From a virus: a stretch of 64,000 nt of DNA. Shown piece after piece: positions 17,678 to 24,888 of this stretch (position 1 is its first letter; each line of letters begins with the position of its first letter). Location of the stretch: positions 1-64,000 of the IMG/VR virus record IMGVR_UViG_3300045988_183134; one strand, 5' to 3'. Below the pieces are notes generated by a model. The model ran no database searches. It worked only from the letters and a program-made list of their open reading frames with translations, and was not told the origin of the DNA. Position numbers and translations under genes: made by a program.

Positions 17678-18814
17678 ATGAAAATCACAGAAACCAAAAT
17701 CAAGGTATCTGACCTTGTCGAGAACTACAAGGACAATGGTGATGGCGGAGTCTTTGGTTACAATGACCGCCTTACGATTCGCCCGTCCTTCCAGCGTGAG
17801 TTCATTTACGGGGAGAAGCAGCGTGCAGCCGTCATCGATTCCGTGATGAACGGATTTCCGCTGAACGTCATGTACTGGTCTAAGACCGGTTCGGATTCCT
17901 ACGAGGTTCTCGATGGTCAGCAGCGGACAATTTCCATTGCGCAGTATGTCAACAAAGACTACCCCGTCAAAATCAACGGCAATGACAAGTTCTTCCAAAA
18001 CTTGACCAACGAGGAAAAGCAGACAATTTTGGACTATGAATTGACGGTCTACATCTGCGAAGGCACCGAATCCGAGAAATTGGAATGGTTCAAGCGCATC
18101 AATATCGCTGGTGAAGTTCTGACTCCGCAGGAATTGCTGAACGCTACCTATACGGGACCGTGGCTGGCAGATGCAAAGAACTATTTCTCGAAGCGCAACT
18201 GTGTTGCTGCGAAAATGGCCGACGGATACCTGAAAGGCAACCCAATTCGGCAGGAGTTGCTGGAAAAGGCACTGGCGTGGATTGCTGACCGTGATGGTCT
18301 GGCATCCGGGCAGATGTATATGGCGGTTCACCAGCATGACGAGGACGCCAATGACCTCTGGCTTTACTTCCAGTCGGTAATCAACTGGGCTAAAATGCTG
18401 TTCCCGACGAAGCGGAAGGGGATTACTGATGCACAGGCATGGGGACTGCTTTACAACAAGTACCATTCAAGGCAGTACAACAGCAACGCTCTGGAAGCAG
18501 ACATCAAGCAGCTCGTGATGGACGATGATGTGACGAAAAAAGCAGGCATCGTTCCGTACATCCTGTCTGACCGTATATGGCGTGACGAGAAGCACCTGTC
18601 TCTGCGTGCGTTTACTGAATCCCAGAAACTCCGCGCCTATGAGCGGCAGGGTCATAAGTGCCCGCTGTGCGTTGCGAATGGCATCAACACTGAGTATGCC
18701 TTTGAGGACATGGAAGGCGACCACATCATTCCTTGGAGCAAGGGCGGACATACCACTGATGACAATCTGCAGATGCTGTGCAAGAAGTGTAATGCGGCGA
18801 AGTCGGATATGTAA
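17678..18814 (+). CDS. DUF262 (GmrS/ParB-like) domain fused to HNH endonuclease
   Basis: AAAGGAG RBS; FQREF..VLDGQQR N-terminal motifs; C-terminal CPLC..GDHIIPWSKGG..N.Q.LCK.CN..K His-Me finger. Confidence 0.8.
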   Translation: MKITETKIKVSDLVENYKDNGDGGVFGYNDRLTIRPSFQREFIYGEKQRAAVIDSVMNGFPLNVMYWSKTGSDSYEVLDGQQRTISIAQYVNKDYPVKINGNDKFFQNLTNEEKQTILDYELTVYICEGTESEKLEWFKRINIAGEVLTPQELLNATYTGPWLADAKNYFSKRNCVAAKMADGYLKGNPIRQELLEKALAWIADRDGLASGQMYMAVHQHDEDANDLWLYFQSVINWAKMLFPTKRKGITDAQAWGLLYNKYHSRQYNSNALEADIKQLVMDDDVTKKAGIVPYILSDRIWRDEKHLSLRAFTESQKLRAYERQGHKCPLCVANGINTEYAFEDMEGDHIIPWSKGGHTTDDNLQMLCKKCNAAKSDM

Positions 18815-18900
18815 TGGTGGGAGCATATCATGAAAAAATATCGCTATTTCATGTTCGGTATGTTCACCGGCACAGATGGGAATACAAATGTCGCATTTTT

Positions 18901-19305
18901 TCAAAAATCCAATTTATAATCCCCTGTAAGAATCCCATCAACCTCCATTGTTGCGTTCGGGTCTGCTCGAAACCCAGCTTTATGACAAAAGACTTCCATT
19001 TCACGAGTTAGTACAGATTGCATAACGATACGATGCACACCATAGTCTTCGCAAATTTCTTTCAACGCATCGAGCAACAGAGACATTGTACCATGACGCT
19101 TTATAGAAAACCTAACACGTGAAATAACCAAAGCAAAATTACAAAGAAATGAAACCCTAAGTTCATTTTCACCGTCATCAGAAGTAATCCAGACTGTGCG
19201 CATACTATTAGATACGTTGCAAATACAACCTTGCTTATCCTCGATGATATTCACAAGCCGTTGCGTTTGTTCCTTCGTAAGCTCAAGCATACCGGGCAAT
19301 GCCAT
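18901..19305 (-). CDS. GNAT-like acetyltransferase
   Basis: 134 aa, GGAGGA RBS; R.HGTMSLLLDAL..A...G...I core resembles GNAT motif A; convergent with the island operon. Confidence 0.55.
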   Translation of the reverse strand: MALPGMLELTKEQTQRLVNIIEDKQGCICNVSNSMRTVWITSDDGENELRVSFLCNFALVISRVRFSIKRHGTMSLLLDALKEICEDYGVHRIVMQSVLTREMEVFCHKAGFRADPNATMEVDGILTGDYKLDF

Positions 19306-19449
19306 AAAGATTCCTCCGACAGTTATGTAGTATCATTTCATACATATATTATACATGTATTCTATACCGTTGGCCAAGCTGCTAGGTCGTTATTTTACAA
19401 AAAAATTCAAAAACAGGAGCCGTTCATACCACAGGAAAGCCTGCGGGTT

Positions 19450-19797
19450 TTCTAGCTCCCAATTATAACATTGGTGCCCGGTATTTCATCCGCGAGGTAA
19501 CAAAACCCATGTCAAAGAAGGCATGGTCTCAGTGTAAGGCTAAAGTTCCTGACATTGAGCGTAGAACCCAATGCACATTGTACTCCCTTAAACAGTTGCA
19601 TTCACTGTTGAGCCCCCCCGTGGCGACTCAACAACCCAGGCCCATCTGTTGGGATTACACTGTGTTGCGAGAACTTTGCGGGAGACTAACCCCTATGTGG
19701 CGACCAATGCCGTCAGGCATTGTTAGCTAAGTTCGGGTCGTATCTCTACCTTCGGGTTACGCAGAGACTTACCGTGGGGTTACAACCCACGGAGAAG
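19450..19797 (+). ncRNA. ORF-free, GC-rich, hairpin-dense region; candidate structured RNA of unknown class
   Basis: UUCG-loop hairpin ACC-TTCG-GGT, CCGTGGG-GTTACAA-CCCACGG, ATGCC-GTCA-GGCAT; repeated GTGGCGAC; no credible ORF. Confidence 0.35.
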
Positions 19798-19836
19798 CCC
19801 CAACTATAGCCGAAAGGTTTAGGTGGGGAGGTCCAC
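19798..19836 (+). repeat. conserved GNRA-capped 5' UTR hairpin, copy A
   Basis: CCCCaaCTATAGCCGAAAGGTTTAGGTGGGGAGGTCCAC; 34/39 identical to 62319-62357, including a G.U to G-C change. Confidence 0.7.
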
Positions 19837-19870
19837 GATGAAGCATACAAAATTAGCGAGGTAGAAGTTA

Positions 19871-20260
19871 ATGTTTAATACTAAGAAAACCGTCCGCCAG
19901 GACATTCACGAAAACGAAGTAGCTTACTCCGGCACTGTGACTGCCGTCACCCACATGACCATCGTGGTCTTCATCCCGGCACTCGATGTCGAGGTGGATG
20001 TCAAGCGTAACCCCGATGCATCCGTCCAGAACGGTTCTGTCCCCGAAGTAGGGGATATTGCTACTGTGCAAGTAGTGCTTGAAGACGGCGATTATAACGC
20101 TACCGCTGCCACGTTCGTGCCACAGCAGGACATCAAGGAAGACATTCCCGTCACCGATGACGACTTCTTTGATGACGATTTGGATGATGAAAAAGCAGAG
20201 GAGTATGACTGGTACAACGAGCCACCTGCAGAAGATTTTGGCAATTGGGACATTGACTGA
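19871..20260 (+). CDS. acidic hypothetical protein
   Basis: GAGGTA RBS; 129 aa with D/E-rich tail DDDFFDDDLDDEKAEEYDW. Confidence 0.65.
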   Translation: MFNTKKTVRQDIHENEVAYSGTVTAVTHMTIVVFIPALDVEVDVKRNPDASVQNGSVPEVGDIATVQVVLEDGDYNATAATFVPQQDIKEDIPVTDDDFFDDDLDDEKAEEYDWYNEPPAEDFGNWDID

Positions 20261-20276
20261 ATTATTGAGATTGGCC

Positions 20277-20304
20277 TTGAGTAATTCACGAAGCGTGGTA
20301 TAAT
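20277..20304 (+). promoter_or_regulatory. dyad-box promoter, degenerate copy
   Basis: TTGAGT aatt CACGAAG cgtgg TATAAT. Confidence 0.4.
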
Positions 20305-20379
20305 AAGACTATCACAAAAGGTTTAAGCCTCCCATCGTAATCAGTAGCATGCTGACTGCGGTGGGAGGTTGTTTGTTTT
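20305..20379 (+). terminator. promoter-proximal leader ending in an intrinsic terminator
   Basis: AAGCCTCCCA..TGGGAGGTT long hairpin at 20325-20370 followed by GTTTGTTTT. Confidence 0.55.
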
Positions 20380-20393
20380 AAGGAGGATTCTGT

Positions 20394-20750
20394 ATGAAAA
20401 GCGAAAATGACGACAAGAAAATTGTGGCACAGCACATTTATACTTATTACCATAATAAGCGAAAAAAAGCTATTATGAGAAACGAAAACATGACAGTGAC
20501 TACTAAGGACGCGGAAGAATGGTTTTCCAAGATTGGTGGCAAGGAATCTATTACAATATTGAAAAAGGCACTAGAACTCGCAAATGGTCAAGATAGTGTT
20601 CCTATAGCGATTGATAACAACTCTGAATTGCGAATGCTTTTTTATGACGGGAAATGGATACAAAGACCGAGAAAACAACGCAAACCAAAAAGAAGCGACA
20701 AGAAAAGCACGCCTACGTTTCGAAGACTTGAAAAATCGTGGCTATTTTAA
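20394..20750 (+). CDS. hypothetical protein, probably frame-disrupted at a T6 run
   Basis: AAGGAGG RBS; after CTTTTTTA (about 20636-20643) the sequence turns basic and low-complexity while the +1 frame stays protein-like. Confidence 0.45.
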   Translation: MKSENDDKKIVAQHIYTYYHNKRKKAIMRNENMTVTTKDAEEWFSKIGGKESITILKKALELANGQDSVPIAIDNNSELRMLFYDGKWIQRPRKQRKPKRSDKKSTPTFRRLEKSWLF

Positions 20751-20844
20751 TGGTAGTTGTAACAATTTTTGGGTAACACTATACGGCAAAGAATACGTCC
20801 TTTCCGCAACAAACAAGAGCACAGGGAACCTAGAAAATGGTTGA
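20644..20844 (+). CDS. +1-frame continuation or separate small ORF
   Basis: ATG at 20644 without RBS; sequence GNGYKDRENN..GYFNGSCNNFWVTLYGKEYVLSA. Confidence 0.3.
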   Translation: MTGNGYKDRENNANQKEATRKARLRFEDLKNRGYFNGSCNNFWVTLYGKEYVLSATNKSTGNLENG

Positions 20845-20900
20845 TATTGGAGACCAATAGTGAACCGGGCTTTGTTTGCGTACTAACACTTTAAATGGAA

Positions 20901-20929
20901 TTGCTAAAATCATCACAGCATGGTATAAT
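20901..20929 (+). promoter_or_regulatory. sigma-A-type promoter without the dyad box
   Basis: TTGCTA-18-TATAAT with TG extended -10. Confidence 0.5.
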
Positions 20930-21021
20930 ATACTCAATATAAAGACTATAACATCATTCCACACACCATCAAGCAGAATACCAATAACCAAAACCAATCA
21001 CATAACGAAAGGAACCATACC

Positions 21022-21486
21022 ATGTCCACCCTCAAAAACGGCGAGTTCGGCATCGACTTGGACAAGGAGAAAATTCTCTGGACTGACCGAAAACGCCACA
21101 CCATCTTTTCTCTGCCCCTGTCCTTCACGAAGTACACTTTGACCGAGACCAAACTCATCATCCAGCGTGGCTGCTTTAACCTGCGCGAGGATGAAATTCA
21201 ACTGTACCGCGTCCGGGACATCGCATTCAAGCAGAACTTCTATGAGCGTCTGTGCCGTGTCGGCAGCATCCATCTCTGCTCCACGGATGCCATGACACCG
21301 GAAATCGATATCCGTCGTATCAAGAACCCGCGTGATGTCAAGGAAGTGCTTTCTAAGACCATCGAGGCTTGCCGGAAAGCGAACGGTATCCGTACTTCGG
21401 AAATCATCGGGGACCATGGTCACTTCCCAGAGCCTGCCCCGCATGGTATGCCGCCTGAACCTTGCCACGAACATCCCCATGACTAA
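21022..21486 (+). CDS. bacterial PH (bPH_2/YdbT-like) domain protein
   Basis: GAAAGGAA RBS; LTETKLIIQRG.F...EDEI.LYRV.DI...Q.F.ERL..VG.I pattern. Confidence 0.7.
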   Translation: MSTLKNGEFGIDLDKEKILWTDRKRHTIFSLPLSFTKYTLTETKLIIQRGCFNLREDEIQLYRVRDIAFKQNFYERLCRVGSIHLCSTDAMTPEIDIRRIKNPRDVKEVLSKTIEACRKANGIRTSEIIGDHGHFPEPAPHGMPPEPCHEHPHD

Positions 21487-21492
21487 TACCAG

Positions 21493-21529
21493 CCCGTACA
21501 GATTCAGTTCTGTGCGGGTTTCTTTTTTT
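21493..21529 (+). terminator. intrinsic terminator
   Basis: CCCGTACAG..CTGTGCGGG hairpin followed by TTTCTTTTTTT. Confidence 0.7.
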
Positions 21530-21644
21530 GTTTGCAAAAGAAATTTAAAATCCAGTCTGGTCGGATTCATGAGGTATAACGGTTGACCGATTATGCGAAC
21601 CTCATACAAGTCAACTACCCAACCTGAAGGAGGGGTGTACTAAG

Positions 21645-21764
21645 ATTGGCCTTGAATACAAGCAGGTTAGCAGCTTCTCCGACCACATGCAGCGGATGAC
21701 TGTTGAGGAGTTTGGTGAGCGCCTGAAGGAACGGTGGAAGGCTCTAACGAGAAACCTGAAATAG
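21645..21764 (+). CDS. small ORF with unclear start
   Basis: frame is open from 21573; AAGGAGGGG at 21627 but only an ATT/ATG(21687) in frame; a strong terminator follows. Confidence 0.25.
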   Translation: MGLEYKQVSSFSDHMQRMTVEEFGERLKERWKALTRNLK

Positions 21765-21783
21765 AATGCTCAGTATAAGAAAT

Positions 21784-21822
21784 GACCTGCCTGCCACAAG
21801 CGGGTGGGTCTTTTTCTTTTTT
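21784..21822 (+). terminator. intrinsic terminator
   Basis: GACCTGCC..GGGTGGGTC hairpin (G.U pairs) followed by TTTTTCTTTTTT. Confidence 0.65.
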
Positions 21823-21889
21823 GTGCAGGCAGCGGCCTAAAGAAGAGGGAAACAACCCAAATGGAATGCCTATTCCAGAACGTCTTAAA

Positions 21890-21917
21890 TTGACTCGTGG
21901 TGCGATTCGCATAGAAT
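21890..21917 (+). promoter_or_regulatory. dyad-box promoter, family copy
   Basis: TTGACT cgtg GTGCGAT tcgca TAGAAT. Confidence 0.55.
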
Positions 21918-21942
21918 GAAAAGAAATGAAACAGAAAGCGAG

Positions 21943-22152
21943 ATGAGTATAATGTTTGCAATGTGTCGAGATGGCTCAACCGTTCATGCCTTTGGAAACG
22001 CCATCAGTGTCAGCGGCCGGGGCATGAGTGAAACCTATATTTTGTGCGGGAACATGCTCACCGGCCCTCATGGGTTCAGGTCAAGGAACTGCAGGAGCAT
22101 CGACGAGGCGTTTTGCCTGGTGTGCGGTGTACACGGCGGAAAAAAATGGTAA
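21943..22152 (+). CDS. small Cys-rich hypothetical protein
   Basis: the track start (21916) lies inside the -10 box, so the next in-frame ATG is used; weak RBS. Confidence 0.4.
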   Translation: MSIMFAMCRDGSTVHAFGNAISVSGRGMSETYILCGNMLTGPHGFRSRNCRSIDEAFCLVCGVHGGKKW

Positions 22153-22183
22153 AGCAGTAAATAGCAGAAAGGATAGAAGAAAG

Positions 22184-23020
22184 ATGTTTCATTACAATAG
22201 CTTGATATGGTGGATGGAAATGGGAATTATTATACTTCTTCCTGTTACAATCTTTTTGCTTTATCTGTGCTATTTAGAGAAGCTCGTTGCGCGTTCCAGT
22301 AACCGATATTTGGCATATCAACAGCTTGTTAATAAATACGAATTCAATCAGGTAACTGACGTTATCAAATATAATATATCTGTGGACACAAAAGCCAAAT
22401 ATGACCGCTTCAATTTTGATAAGCGCGTTTATACGATGGTTTCGTCAAGGCGAGACAGGTTAGAAGAATTTTTGGCAAAAGTGGGTGAGAACAGAAAGTT
22501 GTATAAAGCATTTATGCGCGAATACAATAAGCTTCCTGCGTATAGCGGTGAGGATAAAGGAAATACCGAAAAGCAGCCAATACTTTATAAAACCGTTGAG
22601 AAGATGATGTTGAAAAGGGCAGAAAATGAGTGGCCGATTCCCACGACAGATATAATTCTTGCGTGTACAAAAACCTACACATCACCTCATGGCCGAAATT
22701 GCTACACAGACACAATGACATATACCATGGATGAAATCGAGTCATATATTCGTCAGTCATATGCAGAAGAAGAGAAAAAGACAAGCAAAGAATATCAGCG
22801 GCAACTCTTAACTCTTTCTTTGAGATATGACATTATGAAGCGCGATGGATTTCGATGCGTACTTTGTGGGAGAACATCAAAAGATGGCATTGCTTTGCAT
22901 GTTGACCACATTTTACCTGTATCAAAAGGCGGGCAAACCATACCATCAAATCTTCGCACTCTCTGCGACGTCTGCAATTTGGGCAAAAGTGATAAATATG
23001 ACAATGATGGATTAAACTGA
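22184..23020 (+). CDS. membrane-anchored HNH endonuclease
   Basis: N-terminal TM GIIILLPVTIFLLYLCYL; C-terminal RDGFRCVLCG..HVDHILPVSKGG..N.RTLC..CN.GK. Confidence 0.8.
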   Translation: MFHYNSLIWWMEMGIIILLPVTIFLLYLCYLEKLVARSSNRYLAYQQLVNKYEFNQVTDVIKYNISVDTKAKYDRFNFDKRVYTMVSSRRDRLEEFLAKVGENRKLYKAFMREYNKLPAYSGEDKGNTEKQPILYKTVEKMMLKRAENEWPIPTTDIILACTKTYTSPHGRNCYTDTMTYTMDEIESYIRQSYAEEEKKTSKEYQRQLLTLSLRYDIMKRDGFRCVLCGRTSKDGIALHVDHILPVSKGGQTIPSNLRTLCDVCNLGKSDKYDNDGLN

Positions 23021-23157
23021 AATCCTTGATTTGTGTTGTTTTTGGGGTGTGTTAAGGTCTTGATTTGTGTAGGATTTTACCCTTTCATAGGTCTTGATTT
23101 GTGTTAAGTCCTGAGACAAATACAAGAAATCGCGAACCCGATATAAGAAATTTTGTA

Positions 23158-23185
23158 TTGCTACAGCGTGCGAATTGCATACAAT
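23158..23185 (+). promoter_or_regulatory. dyad-box promoter, family copy
   Basis: TTGCTA cagc GTGCGAA ttgca TACAAT; a second degenerate box (TCGCGAAcccgaTATAAG) lies at 23130-23147. Confidence 0.65.
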
Positions 23186-23233
23186 AAAAGATGTCGAAAG
23201 ATAAACCACAACACACAAAAAGGAGATTTTAAC

Positions 23234-23434
23234 ATGAGCACTAGCATTCTGAAACTTGAAGCCACTGTAATCCGTCCCAAAGATTTTGACGAACTCGACG
23301 GCCTCGCCGCTTCCATCAGCTTCCCTGTCGAATACGATGATGAAGCAATTGGTGAGGCCCTGGGCGACCAGGACCTGATGGCCTATGTCGTCGGAGAGCT
23401 GCACGACCTCGTTGTCCGTATGCGTCCCGAATAG
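23234..23434 (+). CDS. small acidic protein ending at a TAG with an open in-frame extension
   Basis: AAGGAG RBS; 66 aa; 39 further sense codons run to the TAA at 23552-23554. Confidence 0.6.
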   Translation: MSTSILKLEATVIRPKDFDELDGLAASISFPVEYDDEAIGEALGDQDLMAYVVGELHDLVVRMRPE

Positions 23435-23678
23435 CTGGATAACGAGGATACCAGCCTGACCATCAAGGCATTCCTGGACGACGCCGAGTGCCAGACGTTT
23501 AAGGGCCTTGTTGCAATGAAAGAGGGCAGCTACACCTTCGACCTTGAAGGCTAAACACAACAGTGCAAAAGCAAACCCTGCTCGCAGCAAAATGCGGGTA
23601 GGACTTTTTTGTTTGCGTAGCTGCATCCTTTTGCCCGCAGAAACCGTAGGTGCCAGGATGCGTAGCTGCCGACATGGC

Positions 23679-23706
23679 TTGACCTGATGTGCGAGGCTCG
23701 TACAAT
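23679..23706 (+). promoter_or_regulatory. dyad-box promoter driving a stand-alone RNA cassette
   Basis: TTGACC tgat GTGCGAG gctcg TACAAT. Confidence 0.6.
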
Positions 23707-23794
23707 CAGATTTGTACGACAGATATCAAACACAAAATAGGGTTTACATTGAGCTGCTCAGTGGCCTTATGGCTGTTGGGTAGCTTTTTCTTTT
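23707..23794 (+). ncRNA. structured RNA cassette, family member (stand-alone)
   Basis: TTGTACGACAGATATCA box, TTTACATTG box, 14-bp stem GCTGCTCAGTGGCC/GGCTGTTGGGTAGC with five G.U pairs, then TTTTTCTTTT. Confidence 0.6.
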
Positions 23795-23812
23795 GTGCGA
23801 GTTGCGTACAAT
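23795..23812 (+). promoter_or_regulatory. dyad-box promoter copy lacking a -35 hexamer
   Basis: GTGCGAG ttgcg TACAAT immediately after the preceding T-tract. Confidence 0.5.
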
Positions 23813-23836
23813 AAAAACCAAGCGGAGGAAACGACG

Positions 23837-24244
23837 ATGAAAAAATTTATTGGAATTGTTTTAGTGTTGTGCTGCCTGGCTCTACCTTTGGCTGGCTGTG
23901 AGGACGCAATCAGCACTGTGACAAGTACCACAATGTCTGAACTCGAAGATATTCCGAGTCAGATATTGTCTACACCAGAAAGTGCTGAGACAGTACCGGA
24001 ATACAATTACATTCATTTTCGCTACGACAATATTTGGACCGTATCCGCTCTCGTAAGCTACGAAATCGTGGACAACGGGCAAAACATCAAGTTTGAAATC
24101 AACGATAGCCGTTATCGTGATAAAGTCTTTTATACCAGCATGTCCAATGTCGAGCTCGTATACCGCGACGATAGCGTTGATTATCGCACGGACTATGCTG
24201 TTTATCCTGGTAACACCTCGAAGTTTGACAGGAAGGGAAAATGA
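23837..24244 (+). CDS. lipoprotein
   Basis: GGAGGAAA RBS; signal peptide MKKFIGIVLVLCCLALPLAGC with an LAGC lipobox. Confidence 0.7.
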   Translation: MKKFIGIVLVLCCLALPLAGCEDAISTVTSTTMSELEDIPSQILSTPESAETVPEYNYIHFRYDNIWTVSALVSYEIVDNGQNIKFEINDSRYRDKVFYTSMSNVELVYRDDSVDYRTDYAVYPGNTSKFDRKGK

Positions 24245-24245
24245 C

Positions 24246-24716
24246 ATGAGTATTAAATTTATCGACGGCAATATTTTTTCACGACTTTCTGCGAGTAAGC
24301 CAACTTACATTTGCCAGCAAGTAAATTGCAAAGGCGTGATGGGAGCTGGACTTGCCATGCAAATTTGCATCCAATGGCCGGTGGTATATCAGCGCTATCT
24401 GGAGTTTTGCTATGGAAACAACGGCAACAAGCTCGGTACTTACCAGGAGGTTCTGGTAGAACCGAAACTGTATGTCGTGAATCTGTTCGGGCAAAATGGT
24501 TATGGCCGTGGTGAAAGGCAGACGAATTATGCTGCATTGGCGACTGCGCTGTTCTCGTTTTTTAGAGACTGCGCTCAAAAGAATCAGGACGTAACTATCC
24601 GGCTGCCATATGGCTTAGGCTGTGGCCTTGCCGGAGGCGATTGGAACACGGTTCTGGACATCATCAGCGATGCGGCTAAAGCCTGGAATGTAAATGTCGA
24701 GATTTGGAAGCTGTAA
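24246..24716 (+). CDS. Macro-domain (ADP-ribose binding/hydrolase) protein
   Basis: I.QQVNC.GVMGAGLA and LPYGLGCGLAGGDW motifs; start 2 nt after the previous stop. Confidence 0.85.
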   Translation: MSIKFIDGNIFSRLSASKPTYICQQVNCKGVMGAGLAMQICIQWPVVYQRYLEFCYGNNGNKLGTYQEVLVEPKLYVVNLFGQNGYGRGERQTNYAALATALFSFFRDCAQKNQDVTIRLPYGLGCGLAGGDWNTVLDIISDAAKAWNVNVEIWKL

Positions 24717-24774
24717 ATTGCTGGTGGGCGTTCTTTTTTGCCCAGAAGCAAGATGAAACATAGTAAAATAAAGC

Positions 24775-24802
24775 TTGCACATCTGTGCGAATCAGATATA
24801 AT
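24775..24802 (+). promoter_or_regulatory. dyad-box promoter, family copy
   Basis: TTGCAC atct GTGCGAA tcaga TATAAT. Confidence 0.65.
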
Positions 24803-24888
24803 AACCCTAATAAGATAAGAATTGTGCCCTGGCGGCTTCTGAATTGGATGCTGCCGGGGCATTTTTGTTTGTTAAGGAGAATTTGGCT

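Noticed and set aside
19450-19860. Group I or group II intron
   Set aside because: No interrupted host gene flanks the region, no intron ORF is present, and I could not place the P7/P3 or domain V consensus by eye.
13646-20260. TGA read as Trp (genetic code 4)
   Set aside because: A TGA aligns with Trp in the zinc-ribbon remnant (13646), and the frame stays open for only seven more codons after the TGA at 20258 before a TAA. However, most well-supported genes here terminate at TGA (3729, 4327, 5027, 5911, 6637, 10623 and others), often with coupled restarts, so the standard code applies.
20268-21655. 13-nt direct repeat AGATTGGCCTTGA (20268-20280 and 21643-21655) as target-site duplication of a 1.4-kb insertion
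   Set aside because: By rough count, about one exact 13-mer pair within 1.4 kb is expected by chance in 64 kb. There are no terminal inverted repeats and no transposase or integrase. It is kept only as a weak hint.
21916-22152. ORF-track start codon at 21916
   Set aside because: This ATG lies inside the TAGAAT -10 box of the promoter at 21890-21917, so it cannot be on the transcript. The start was moved to 21943.
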